From Dehalococcoidia bacterium (GTDB lineage Bacteria; Chloroflexota; Dehalococcoidia; UBA2979), in contig OZ219871.1 of NCBI GenBank assembly GCA_964291495.2, positions 672,001 through 736,000 of the forward strand: a stretch of DNA of 64,000 nt, read 5' to 3'. Position numbers and translations under genes: made by a program. The notes beneath the pieces are model-generated. The model saw only the letters and a program-made list of their open reading frames with translations, had not been told where the DNA came from and did no database searches. Each line of letters opens with the position of its first letter. Position 1 is the stretch's first letter. Of the stretch, positions 27,169 to 36,843 are shown piece after piece.

Positions 27169-28308
27169 GTGGGACCCTTGAAGGGCATCCGGATCATCGA
27201 ACTGGGAGGCATCGGCCCCGTACCGTTCTGCGCCACACTGCTCGCCGACCTCGGGGCCGACGTCGTTCGCATCGACCGCCTCGAGCGCGCGGGCGCGGGC
27301 ACGCGGTTCGATGTCCTGACGCGCTCTCGCCCCACGATCTGCGTGGACCTCAAGACCCCCGAGGGCGGCGAGGCTGTGCTCCGGCTGGTCGAGCAGGCGG
27401 ACGCGCTGATGGAAGGGTTCCGCCCGGGGGTTGCCGAGCGGCTCGGGCTCGGACCGGACGCCTGCCTCGCCCGCAACCCGAGGCTCGTGTACGCGAGGAT
27501 GACGGGCTGGGGTCAGTCCGGTCCGCTCGCGGAGACCGCCGGACACGACATCAACTACATCGCGCTCACGGGGGCGCTCCACTCGATCCGCCGGGCCGGG
27601 CAGCGGCCGGTGCCCCCGCTCGCCCTCGTGGGAGACTACGGCGGCGGCGCGCTCTACCTCGCGGTGGGCATGCTGTCCGCCATCCTCGAGGCGCGGGACT
27701 CGGACATGGGGCAGGTCGTCGACAGCGCCATGGTCGAGGGCGCCGCGAACCTGATGAGCGACTACTACGGCCTGTACGCCGAGGGCTCGTGGACGGCGGA
27801 GCCCGGGACCAACACGGAGGACTCCGGCGCTCCCTCCTACGACGTCTACGAGACCTCGGACGGCGAGTACATCTCGGTCGGAGCGATCGAGCCGCAGTTC
27901 TACGCCGAGCTGATCGAGCGGATGGGTCTCGCCGGGGAGGAGTTGCCCGAGCAGAACGACCGGACGCAGTGGCCGCTGCTGAAGCAGCGCTTCGAGGATG
28001 TCTTCCGCAGCAAGACGCGGCAGCAGTGGTGCGAGATCATGGAGGGGAGCGACGTCTGTTTCGCGCCGGTGCTGAGCATGGAGGAGGCTCCGCACCACCC
28101 CCAGAACGTCGCGCGGAAGACCTTCATCGAACTCGACGGGGTCGTCCAGCCGGCGCCCGCACCGCGCTTCAGCCGGACCGTCCCGGAGCTGCCGCAGCCG
28201 CCAGCAAGGGCGGGCGCCGGCAGCGAGGGAGCGCTCCGCTCCTGGGGCTTCTCCGGCGAGGAGATCGACCGTCTGATCGAGGCGAACGCCATCGGTTCGA
28301 CTCGCTAG
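27169..28308 (+). CDS. CaiB/BaiF family, alpha-methylacyl-CoA racemase-like
   Basis: GIGPVPF, EGFRPGVAERLGLGP, AGHDINY, VGDYGGG, QPAPAPRFSRT; start at GTG 27169. Confidence 0.9.
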   Translation: MGPLKGIRIIELGGIGPVPFCATLLADLGADVVRIDRLERAGAGTRFDVLTRSRPTICVDLKTPEGGEAVLRLVEQADALMEGFRPGVAERLGLGPDACLARNPRLVYARMTGWGQSGPLAETAGHDINYIALTGALHSIRRAGQRPVPPLALVGDYGGGALYLAVGMLSAILEARDSDMGQVVDSAMVEGAANLMSDYYGLYAEGSWTAEPGTNTEDSGAPSYDVYETSDGEYISVGAIEPQFYAELIERMGLAGEELPEQNDRTQWPLLKQRFEDVFRSKTRQQWCEIMEGSDVCFAPVLSMEEAPHHPQNVARKTFIELDGVVQPAPAPRFSRTVPELPQPPARAGAGSEGALRSWGFSGEEIDRLIEANAIGSTR

Positions 28309-28329
28309 GCCCTCGATCGCTGCGTCTTG

Positions 28330-28391
28330 TTGACGCCGCCCATGCCCGGACCTAGGATCCGGCCCGGCAACCTCATTCTATCGCCCGAAAG
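28330..28391 (+). promoter_or_regulatory. Promoter TTGACG-17-TAGGAT (28330-28358) followed by AmtR-like operator copy 3 (28375-28391)
   Basis: ATTCTATCGCCCGAAAG lies 16 bp downstream of -10 and upstream of the CoA-transferase at 28470. Confidence 0.8.
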
Positions 28392-28469
28392 ATGGGATCA
28401 CCTCAGAGGTCCGGGAGGCGACCGCACGGAGCGGTATCCTCGCAACACGAGCGCTGAGGGAACACGAAC

Positions 28470-29675
28470 ATGAGCGAACCAGGTCCGCTTGCGGGAGTCA
28501 CCGTCGTCGAGCTGGCGAGCTGGATGATGACGCCCGCGAGCGGCAGCATCCTGGCCAGCTTCGGCGCGGACGTGATCAAGATCGAGCCGGCCGGCTCCGC
28601 CGACCCGATGCGGCGGCTCAACGAGGTCGGCGCCAGCGTCGGCGCGCTCGAGGCGGGCTTCGAGCTGGTGAACAACGGCAAGCGCAGCATGCAGCTCGAT
28701 ATCAAGTCCGCAGCCGGGCGGGACGTGATGCAGCGGCTGCTCGAGCGCGCCGACATCTTCCTGACCAACGTCCGCGCGCCGTCACTCGAGCGCGCCGGGC
28801 TGGACCCGGAGACGCTGCATCAGCGCCACCCGCAGCTGATCGTCGCGCACGGCACCGGCCACGGGAGGTTCGGCAGCGATGCCGACCGCCCCACCTTCGA
28901 TGAGCTCGCGTACTGGTCGCGAGGCGGGATGGCCACCGCGCTTCGCGTCGAGGGCGCCCCGCCGGTGTCGCTGAACGGCGCGATGGGCGACCTGCCGACG
29001 GCGGTCACCCTCGTAGCGGGCATGCTCATGGCTCTCTATCGCCGGGAGCGGGAGGGGCAGGGGGCGATCGTCGACGTCTCGCTGTACCAGTGCGGGATGT
29101 GGGCCAACGGGCTGGTCATCGCGGCGGCACTGGCGGGGCAGCCGAGGCACCCCCGGCTGGGCCGGCAGCACGCATTCAGTCCCCTCGACACCTCGTACCA
29201 GTGCGCGGACGGCGCCTGGGTGCAGTTCGCGATGCTCCAGGTGATGCGTTACTGGCGGCCGCTCTGCGAGGTGGTGGAGCGCCCCGAGCTGGCCGACGAC
29301 CCCCGCTTCGACACCCTCGAGCGGCTCCTGGAGAACAGCGCCGAGGCGATCGCGGAGCTCGAGCAGGCGATCGGGCTCCTCACGCGCAACGAGCTCGGGC
29401 GCCGCCTCAATAGCCACGGCCTGCCCTGGTCCCCGATCTTCGAGGTCGAGGAGGTCATCGAGGACGAGCAGGCGCGCGTGAACAACTACATCGTGAAGAA
29501 GCAGCACCGCTCCGGCGCGGAGATGGAGACGCTTGCGCCCCCGTTCGCCCTGCGTGACGAGGAGCTGCGGCTTGAGCCCTCGCCGGAGGCCGGTCAGCAC
29601 ACCGAGCAGGTGCTGCTGGAACTGGGCTACAGCTGGGACGAGATCGGAGCGCTTCGCGAGCAAGGGGCGTTCTGA
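28470..29675 (+). CDS. Family III CoA-transferase
   Basis: GPLAGVTVVE, GADVIKIEP, NNGKRS, GAMGD. Confidence 0.9.
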   Translation: MSEPGPLAGVTVVELASWMMTPASGSILASFGADVIKIEPAGSADPMRRLNEVGASVGALEAGFELVNNGKRSMQLDIKSAAGRDVMQRLLERADIFLTNVRAPSLERAGLDPETLHQRHPQLIVAHGTGHGRFGSDADRPTFDELAYWSRGGMATALRVEGAPPVSLNGAMGDLPTAVTLVAGMLMALYRREREGQGAIVDVSLYQCGMWANGLVIAAALAGQPRHPRLGRQHAFSPLDTSYQCADGAWVQFAMLQVMRYWRPLCEVVERPELADDPRFDTLERLLENSAEAIAELEQAIGLLTRNELGRRLNSHGLPWSPIFEVEEVIEDEQARVNNYIVKKQHRSGAEMETLAPPFALRDEELRLEPSPEAGQHTEQVLLELGYSWDEIGALREQGAF

Positions 29676-29787
29676 CCGGCGGTGCGTCGGCCGCGAGCGT
29701 CCTCGGAAGGCCCGCTGGCGCGCCACGGAGCGTTGAGCGAGGCCCGGTGTCTGCGAGTTGCGTAGTCCCTCAAGGGAGGAGCCAGTC

Positions 29788-31440
29788 ATGGCAAAGGTGA
29801 CGGGGAACAGGATTCTGGCGCAGGCCCTCAAGAACGAAGGGGTATCCGCCCTGTTCTTCCTCTCGGGCGGCCCGATGGACGACTTCTACGACGAGGCCGA
29901 CCAGATCGGGATCCGGCTCATCGACGCCCGCCACGAGCAGGGCGCGGCGATGATGGCGCACGGCTGGAGCAGGGTCACGGGCGAGGTCGGTGTCTGCGCC
30001 GCCTGCTCGGGCCCGGGCACGACCAACCTCGTCACGGGCATCGTCACGGCCATGGCCGACGCCTGCCCAATCATCGCGCTCGGCGGTTCCAGCGCCTCGG
30101 ACCTCACGCACTGGGATGACTTCCAGGAGGTCGACCAGGTGAGCCTCATGCGGCCGATCACGAAATGGTCCGCCCAGGTCAACTACGCCACGAGGATCCC
30201 GGAACTGGTCAGCATGGCCTTCCGCAAGTGCTGGGGCAGCCGGCCGGGTCCCGTCTACCTCGATCTGCCGGGCGACGTCCTCTATCAGGAAGCGGAAGAG
30301 GACGAGGTCCAGTACCCCGCCAACTCCCGCACCGACGCCCGGTCGATGGGCGACCCGGAGCTGGTGAAGCGGGCGATCGAGATGCTGGCCGAGGCCGAGC
30401 GCCCGCTGGTGCTGACCGGCACCGGCGTGTTCTGGTCCCGGGCGTGGAACGAGCTGCGGGAGTTCGTCGAGGCCACCGGCGTCCCCTTCTACACCACGCC
30501 CCAGGGCAGAGGGGTGATCCCGGAGGACCACGAGCTCTCGTTCCCGGCCGCCCGATCGATGGCCTTCCGCGAGGCTGATCTGGCCGTGTCCATCGGCACA
30601 CGGAACAACTGGATCTGGCAGTTCATGCAGGCCCCCCGCTTCTCGCCCGATCTGAAGTTCATCCAGGTCAACACGGACCGCGAGGAGATCGGTCACAACA
30701 GACCCGCGGACCTCGGGATCGTCGGCGATGCGAGGATGGTGCTCGAGCAGCTGACCGAGGAGGCGAAGGAGCAGGGGTTCGCGAACAAGCAGGGCTCGGC
30801 CTGGGTGGGGCAACTCCGAGCCCGGGAGGCGACGAACGCCGAACGCAACGAGCCGCTCCTCAACTCGGACGCGGTGCCGATCCACCCGCTGAGGATGATG
30901 AAAGAGATCAGGGACTTCCTGCCCGAGGACGCGATCGTGGCGGTGGACGGTCACGACACGCTGAACTTCGCGCGCCAGTCCATCCCCGTGTACCAGCCCG
31001 GACACAGGCTCAACTCCGGCGGGTCCGGCTGCATGGGAGTCGGGCTGCCCTTCGGCATCGGCGCGCAGGCCGCGATGCCGGACAAGAAGGTGATCGTCGT
31101 GCACGGCGACGGTTCCTTCGGGATCAACGCCATCAACCTCGACACGGCCGTGAGGCACAACCTGCCCGTGGTCACCGTGATCAACGTCAACGGAGGTTGG
31201 ACGGCCACGCCCGAGGCACGACGCCTCACGCCGGGGATCGCCATCGGCACGGAGCAGCGCTACGACAAGCTCGGCGAGGCGCTGGGCGCTCACGGCGAAT
31301 ACGTCGACAGGCCAGAGCAGCTCCGCCCGGCCCTGGAGCGAGCCTTCGCGTCCGGGAAGCCGGCCGTGATCAACGTCGTCACCGATCCGGAGGCCAACTC
31401 GACCACGCAATCCTTCGGCGTGTACGCGGACCGGGGGTGA
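29788..31440 (+). CDS. ThDP-dependent enzyme, oxalyl-CoA decarboxylase / 2-hydroxyacyl-CoA lyase-like
   Basis: RHEQ, SGPG, RPGPVYLDLP, GCMGVGLP, GDGSFG...N; start at ATG 29788. Confidence 0.88.
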   Translation: MAKVTGNRILAQALKNEGVSALFFLSGGPMDDFYDEADQIGIRLIDARHEQGAAMMAHGWSRVTGEVGVCAACSGPGTTNLVTGIVTAMADACPIIALGGSSASDLTHWDDFQEVDQVSLMRPITKWSAQVNYATRIPELVSMAFRKCWGSRPGPVYLDLPGDVLYQEAEEDEVQYPANSRTDARSMGDPELVKRAIEMLAEAERPLVLTGTGVFWSRAWNELREFVEATGVPFYTTPQGRGVIPEDHELSFPAARSMAFREADLAVSIGTRNNWIWQFMQAPRFSPDLKFIQVNTDREEIGHNRPADLGIVGDARMVLEQLTEEAKEQGFANKQGSAWVGQLRAREATNAERNEPLLNSDAVPIHPLRMMKEIRDFLPEDAIVAVDGHDTLNFARQSIPVYQPGHRLNSGGSGCMGVGLPFGIGAQAAMPDKKVIVVHGDGSFGINAINLDTAVRHNLPVVTVINVNGGWTATPEARRLTPGIAIGTEQRYDKLGEALGAHGEYVDRPEQLRPALERAFASGKPAVINVVTDPEANSTTQSFGVYADRG

Positions 31441-31501
31441 TCGGCACTCCGGCCCCCTCTCCCCCTGGAGGCCCTTGCGAACTCCCACAAGCCCGATCCG
31501 G

Positions 31502-31635
31502 CTCCCTCTCCCTGGGGAGAGGGCGGGGTGAGGGGGGGGAAGACCCCCGCGCGCCTCCGAACGCCCCGATGGCGCGCCGCGATTCCGGAGGGTGGACCCT
31601 CCCTCACCCTAACCCTCTCCCTCGGAGCGAGGGGA
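31502..31635. repeat. Pair of REP-like palindromes in inverted orientation
   Basis: CTCCCTCTCCCTGGGGAGAGGGCGGGGTGAGGG and CCCTCACCCTAACCCTCTCCCTCGGAGCGAGGG. Confidence 0.7.
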
Positions 31636-31674
31636 CCGGAAGGGATGCCCTCGAAGGGCCGGGCTTCCGTGATG

Positions 31675-31703
31675 TGCTATAACCTCATTCTGTTGGCCGA
31701 AAG
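31675..31703 (+). promoter_or_regulatory. Extended -10 (TGcTATAAC) followed by a degenerate AmtR-like operator (31687-31703)
   Basis: ATTCTGTTGGCCGAAAG matches 14/17 and shares the AACCTC flank with copy 3. Confidence 0.6.
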
Positions 31704-31784
31704 GCCACAGGGCACCCGGCAGGACGGGCCCGTCTGGCTACGAGGACGGTCCCGGGGCGTGGCACTCCAGGAGAGTCTCCGAGC

Positions 31785-32759
31785 ATGACCGACGCGACCC
31801 GCACCACGCTCAACTACCTCGGCGAGTCCGACGCCCGCACGTTCATGGGCGTGCCCGCGCTCGCCAATGTCGCCGACCTGGCCGCCGACATCGCCGTGTT
31901 CGGCGCCCCCTGCTGCTCGCCCTACCTGATCGCGGACGAGTATGCGAACGCGAACCTCGGCGGCCCGACCGCGATCCGCCAGGCCCTCGCCACGTGGGCC
32001 TGGGCGCACGACCGCTTCGACTGGGACCAGGAGGACTGCGTCTACGAGGACATGGCCGAGCGCGTCGTCGATCTCGGCGACCTGCCGGTCGAGCTGGACA
32101 ACCCCGCGGGCAACCGCCAGCTGATCCGGGACACCTGCGCGACCATCGTCGCGACGGGCGCGGTCCCGCTCGCCCTCGGCGGCGACGACTCCATCCCGTT
32201 CCCCGTGCTCTGGTCGCTCAAGGAGCTCGGCGAGGACGTGACCGTCGTGCACGTCGACTCGCATATCGACTGGCGCCACGAGGTGCACGGCGAGCTGTAC
32301 GGACTTTCGAGCGGGATGCGGCGCGCTTCCGAGCTGCCCTTCGTGAAAGACATGATCCAGCTCGGCATGCGCGGCCTCAGCTCCGCAGGCCGGCAGGACG
32401 TCGAGGACGCGAGGGCGCGGGGCGTGCAGATCGTCCCGGCGCGGGCGGTGCATGCGCAGGGCATCGAGTCGATCCTCGATCGCATCGAGCCGGGCGCGAA
32501 CGTCTTCCTCACCATCGACCTCGACGGGCTCGACCCCTCGATCATGCCGGCGGTGTACGTGCCGGCGCCCGGCGGCCTGCTCTACTGGCAGCTGGTCGAG
32601 CTGATCGAGGGCATCGTCGCGAAGGCGCGGCTCCGGGCGTTCGTGATGGTTGAGCTGGTGCCCGCGAGGGACCCGGAGGGCCTCGGCGCACTCACGGCGG
32701 GCCGGATAGCGAGCAACGCGATCGCGGCGCTGCTCGGCGCGAACCGGCCGAATCGATGA
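31785..32759 (+). CDS. Ureohydrolase (agmatinase/arginase family)
   Basis: GPTAIR, DLGD, LGGDDSI, HVDSHID, TIDLDGLDP, VELVP. Confidence 0.9.
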   Translation: MTDATRTTLNYLGESDARTFMGVPALANVADLAADIAVFGAPCCSPYLIADEYANANLGGPTAIRQALATWAWAHDRFDWDQEDCVYEDMAERVVDLGDLPVELDNPAGNRQLIRDTCATIVATGAVPLALGGDDSIPFPVLWSLKELGEDVTVVHVDSHIDWRHEVHGELYGLSSGMRRASELPFVKDMIQLGMRGLSSAGRQDVEDARARGVQIVPARAVHAQGIESILDRIEPGANVFLTIDLDGLDPSIMPAVYVPAPGGLLYWQLVELIEGIVAKARLRAFVMVELVPARDPEGLGALTAGRIASNAIAALLGANRPNR

Positions 32760-32857
32760 TCCATCAGCGGATCGCCTCGCTGCTACAGTACCCGCGGGCA
32801 GCAGCGGTGAGTTGATGTTAGTTCGAGGCGGAACCAGAGCAGCCTAGGGAGGGCGCC

Positions 32858-33733
32858 ATGACCGAGCCTGCGATCAACAACTGGGGCCGCTGGGGCGAAG
32901 ACGATCAGCTCGGAGCGCTGAACCTGCAGTCGCCCGAGAGCGTGCTTCGCGCGCTGCAGCTCGTCCGCAAGGGCAAGATCTACAACCTCGCAGTGCCGCT
33001 CGAGTCCGACGGGCCGCAGGCGCCGGCGTTCCACAAGACGTGGCAGACGACGTACATCACCACCAATGCCGACCCTGACGCCGTTCAGTTCGTCGATGAC
33101 CTCGTCATCATGGAGTCCCACTCGGGGACGCACCTGGACGCGCTGGGACACGTCTGGACCGACGGTGTGCTTTGGAACGGCGTCGACGACGGCGAGGCCG
33201 CCCACGGGCGGACGCTCGACTGGGGCGGCATCGACAACGTATCGGCGTTCTTCTGTCGCGGCGTGATGCTGGACATTGCGAAGTTCAAGGGCGTGGAGCA
33301 CCTCGGCCTGGGCGAGGTGGTGACGGCCGAGGACATGCAGGCGTGCGCCGACGCGCAGGGCGTCGAGATTCAGTCCGGCGACGTCCTGCTGGTGCGGACG
33401 GGCTGGCGCCGCGTCTTCGATAACGACTACGAGCTGTGGCAGCGCGGGGGGCCCGGCCCCGACATCACCTGCGCCGCGTGGCTGTACGAGAAGGACGTCA
33501 TGGCCGTGGGCGCCGACAACGTAGCGGTGGAAGCGAACGTCCGAGGCGTCCCCACGCCGAGGAGCATGCGCCTTCACATCGCCGCGCTTCGCGACATGGG
33601 CATCTACCTGATCGAGCTGATGGATCTCGATGGGCTGGCGGCGGACGACGTCCATGAGTTCCTGTTCGTCGCCGCGCCGCTGCGCCTGACCAAGGCCACC
33701 GGCTCGCCGTGGACGCCGATCGCGGTCGTGTAG
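32858..33733 (+). CDS. Cyclase family (kynurenine formamidase-like) metallohydrolase
   Basis: NWGRWGEDDQLG, HSGTHLDALGH, GDVLLVRTG, ADN, YLIE, TGSP. Confidence 0.9.
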   Translation: MTEPAINNWGRWGEDDQLGALNLQSPESVLRALQLVRKGKIYNLAVPLESDGPQAPAFHKTWQTTYITTNADPDAVQFVDDLVIMESHSGTHLDALGHVWTDGVLWNGVDDGEAAHGRTLDWGGIDNVSAFFCRGVMLDIAKFKGVEHLGLGEVVTAEDMQACADAQGVEIQSGDVLLVRTGWRRVFDNDYELWQRGGPGPDITCAAWLYEKDVMAVGADNVAVEANVRGVPTPRSMRLHIAALRDMGIYLIELMDLDGLAADDVHEFLFVAAPLRLTKATGSPWTPIAVV

Positions 33734-33810
33734 GAGCGAGTCTGCTCGCGAGCGCGCGGCTCGGCGGCGCTCGCTAGTTCGGGCGACGGAAACGGACACG
33801 GGGGACAGCC

Positions 33811-35070
33811 ATGAAGATCGAGATGTTCCACCTGCACCCCTATCGCGATCTGCCCGAGGACTTCGCCGAGCGCTACCGCAGCGTGTGGGTGGACGTGCCC
33901 ACCGAGCTCTTCGACCCGGCGAAGGCGCACCAGATGTACAACGACACGCTCGATGAGCTGGAGTACGGGGCCAGCCTCGGCTTCGATGGCATCTGCGTGA
34001 ACGAGCACCACCAGAACGCCTACGGCATGATGCCGGCGCCGAGCATCATGGCGGGCACGCTCGCGCGCCGCACCCGGGACGTGGCGATCATCGTGCTGGG
34101 CAACTCGATCACCCTCTACGACCCGCCCATCCGCGTCGCCGAGGAGATGGCGATGCTCGACTGCATCTCCGGCGGGCGCATGATCTCCGGTTTCCCGGTG
34201 GGCTCGACGATGGACACGAACTACGCCTACGGCTCGAACCCGGCGACGCTGCGCGACAAGTACCGCGAGGCGACGGACCTGATCCTGCGCTCCTGGACCG
34301 ACCCCGAGGTCTTCTCGTGGGACGGCCGCTTTTTCCAGCTCCGTTACGTCAACCCCTGGCCGCGCCCGATCCAGCAGCCCCACCCCCCGATCTGGGTCCC
34401 GGGCGTGGGCTCGATCGAGACCTGGGAGTGGTGCCTCGAGCGGCAGTACATGTACTCCTACCTCTCCTACTTCGGCTTCATTCGCGGCAAGCAGGTGATG
34501 GACGGCTTCTGGGCCAAGGCCGACGAGATGGGGGTCGAGCGCAACCCCTACCAGGCCGGCTTCATGCAGCTCGTCGTCACCGCCGACTCCGAGCAGGAGT
34601 GCGAGGAGCGCTACGGGGCGCACGCGGAGTACTTCTTCAACAAGATGCTCCACGTCTACCCCGGCTTCGACGCACCCGGCTACCGAACGCTCGACAGCAT
34701 CCGTGCCGGGCTCGAGAGCGATCCGATTATTCTCCCCGGGCTCGAGTCGGGTCGCTCCGGCGGCTACGAGAGCAACGCCACCTGGGCGGAGTTGAAAGAG
34801 ACCGGGAACATCATCTCGGGCACGCCTGCGCAGGTGACCGAGCAGCTCGAGCAGGTTGCAAAGGACCTCTTCATCGGCCACCTCCTGCTGCTCTGCCAGA
34901 TCGGCTCCATGCCGCACGACCTCGCGATGTACAACATCGAGCGCATCGCCAGGGATGTCGCGCCGAACCTGCGCCATCTCCATTCGGAGTACGAGGACCA
35001 CTGGTGGCCGCAGCCGCTGACCGACCGCGTCCAGCAACAGCCAATGTTCGCGCCCGGGGGCGAGCGATGA
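33811..35070 (+). CDS. LLM-class (luciferase-like) flavin-dependent monooxygenase
   Basis: GFDGICVNEHH, PIRVAEEMAMLD, PRPIQQPHPPIW. Confidence 0.92.
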   Translation: MKIEMFHLHPYRDLPEDFAERYRSVWVDVPTELFDPAKAHQMYNDTLDELEYGASLGFDGICVNEHHQNAYGMMPAPSIMAGTLARRTRDVAIIVLGNSITLYDPPIRVAEEMAMLDCISGGRMISGFPVGSTMDTNYAYGSNPATLRDKYREATDLILRSWTDPEVFSWDGRFFQLRYVNPWPRPIQQPHPPIWVPGVGSIETWEWCLERQYMYSYLSYFGFIRGKQVMDGFWAKADEMGVERNPYQAGFMQLVVTADSEQECEERYGAHAEYFFNKMLHVYPGFDAPGYRTLDSIRAGLESDPIILPGLESGRSGGYESNATWAELKETGNIISGTPAQVTEQLEQVAKDLFIGHLLLLCQIGSMPHDLAMYNIERIARDVAPNLRHLHSEYEDHWWPQPLTDRVQQQPMFAPGGER

Positions 35071-35879
35071 GCGAGTCGCAGATCGCGGTTGCCGGCGGCC
35101 GCTTCAGCATCGCGGTGCGCGAGGAGGGCAGCGGCCCGCCGCTGCTCTTCCTGCACGGCATCTCCGGGCTGCACTGGAACGCCGTGCTCGACGACCTCGC
35201 CACGCGTCATCGCGTGATCGCGCCGCGGCATCCCGGCTTCGGCGACGCGAGCCAGGTCGAGCTCGACGACATCGGCGACCTCGTCTACGCCTACCTCGAC
35301 CTGCTCGACGCCCTCGCCCTCGAGGGCGTGCCGGTGGTCGGGCACTCGCTCGGCGGCATGATCGCGGCCGAGCTGGCGGCGGCGCAGCCGCGGCGCTTCT
35401 CGAGGCTCGTGCTGCTGGCGCCGCTGGGGCTGTGGGACGGCTCGCGGCCGATCTTCGACTTCTTCGCCTGCACCCCGTGGGAGATGGCCGACGCCTTCTT
35501 CGCCGACCCTGAGAGCGAGGCCGCGCTGAACGCCGGTGAGACCGGGCTCGCGCGCATGGTCGAGCTCGAGATCGGCAGCGACGAGCACGGCGCGCTTGTC
35601 GAGAGTTACGTGGAGCGCCGGAAGGCCCTGGCCACGGCCGCGAAGTACCTCTGGCCGATCCCGAACCGCGCGCTGAGCAAGCGCATCCACCGCATCGCCG
35701 CGCCCACGCGGCTGATCTGGGGTTCGCAGGACCACGTCGTGCCGCCCTCGTACGCCGACGACTTCGCGGCCGCCATCGCCGGAGCCGAGATCCGCATGAT
35801 CGAAAACGCCGGCCACGAGCTGCTGCTCGAGCAGCCCGGGTCGGTCGCCGAGGCGATCGAGGAGTTCACCGGCGCGTAG
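35067..35879 (+). CDS. Alpha/beta hydrolase
   Basis: FLHG, PGFG, GHSLGG nucleophile elbow, WGSQD, AGH; ATGA overlap with the LLM gene. Confidence 0.9.
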   Translation: MSESQIAVAGGRFSIAVREEGSGPPLLFLHGISGLHWNAVLDDLATRHRVIAPRHPGFGDASQVELDDIGDLVYAYLDLLDALALEGVPVVGHSLGGMIAAELAAAQPRRFSRLVLLAPLGLWDGSRPIFDFFACTPWEMADAFFADPESEAALNAGETGLARMVELEIGSDEHGALVESYVERRKALATAAKYLWPIPNRALSKRIHRIAAPTRLIWGSQDHVVPPSYADDFAAAIAGAEIRMIENAGHELLLEQPGSVAEAIEEFTGA

Positions 35880-35959
35880 CCGCCCGCCGGGGCGTGCGGG
35901 GCGCCGCGCGAGAGACGCACGTTCCGGGCACATCCAGGGCCGGCCGCAAGGAGCACCCC

Positions 35960-36832
35960 ATGACTGAGCCTGCCATCCACAACTGGGGCCGCTGGGGCGA
36001 AGACGACCAGCTGGGGACGCTCAACCTGCAGTCGCCGGAGAGCGTGCTGCGCGCGCTGCAACTCGTCCGCCGCGGCAAGGTCTACAACCTCTCCGTGCCG
36101 CTCGCGGAGCACGGCCCGCAGGCCCCGATGTTTCACAAGACGTGGCAGACGACCTCTCTCTACACGAGCCCCGAGCCCGACGCCGTCGACTTCGCAGGTG
36201 ACGTGGTCACCATGGTGACGCAGTCGGGCACGCACCTCTGTGGGCTGTCGCACTGCTGGACCGACAACACGCTCTGGAACGGCGTCGGCCACGACAGGAT
36301 CACCAGCTACGGCTCCGCATGGGCGGGTGTCGAGAACATCCCGGCGTTCGTCTCCCGCGGGGTGATGCTCGACATCGCGAAGTTCAAGGGCGTGGAGCAC
36401 CTCGGTCTGGGCGAGGTGGTGACGGCCGAGGACATGGAAGCGTGCGCCGCCGCGCAGGGCACGGCGGTTGAACCCGGCGACGTGCTGCTGGTGCGCACGG
36501 GCTGGCTCAAGCTCTTCGAGAGCGACCGCGAGCGGTGGGAGCAGGGCTGCCCCGGTCCCGACGCCTCGTGTACGGCGTGGCTGCGCGAGAAGGACGTGAT
36601 GGCCATCGGCGCCGACAACCTCGCCGTGGAAGCGGACGTGCGCGCGAACCCCTTCCCCACGCGCCTGAAGTTGCACCTCACCGCGATGCGCGATCTGGGC
36701 GTGTACATGATCGCGACCCTCGACCTGGAAGCGCTGGCGGCGGACGAGGTCCATGAGTTCCTGTTCATCGCCGCGCCGCTGCGCATGCCCGGGGCCACCG
36801 CCTCGCCGCTGACGCCGCTCGCGCTGGCGTAG
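35960..36832 (+). CDS. Cyclase family protein with altered metal ligands (paralogue of 32858-33733)
   Basis: Near-identical N-terminus; QSGTHLCGLSH in place of HSGTHLDALGH. Confidence 0.88.
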   Translation: MTEPAIHNWGRWGEDDQLGTLNLQSPESVLRALQLVRRGKVYNLSVPLAEHGPQAPMFHKTWQTTSLYTSPEPDAVDFAGDVVTMVTQSGTHLCGLSHCWTDNTLWNGVGHDRITSYGSAWAGVENIPAFVSRGVMLDIAKFKGVEHLGLGEVVTAEDMEACAAAQGTAVEPGDVLLVRTGWLKLFESDRERWEQGCPGPDASCTAWLREKDVMAIGADNLAVEADVRANPFPTRLKLHLTAMRDLGVYMIATLDLEALAADEVHEFLFIAAPLRMPGATASPLTPLALA

Positions 36833-36843
36833 GGGTCCGTGTC

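Noticed and set aside
31694-31760. Guanidine-III or c-di-GMP-I riboswitch upstream of the ureohydrolase
   Set aside because: Only fragments resemble them (ACCCGGCAGGAC, CACAGGGCA). The conserved CGAGG 5' element and GCAAA motifs are not in place, and the GAAA hairpin overlaps the operator-like site. An Infernal/Rfam scan would settle it.
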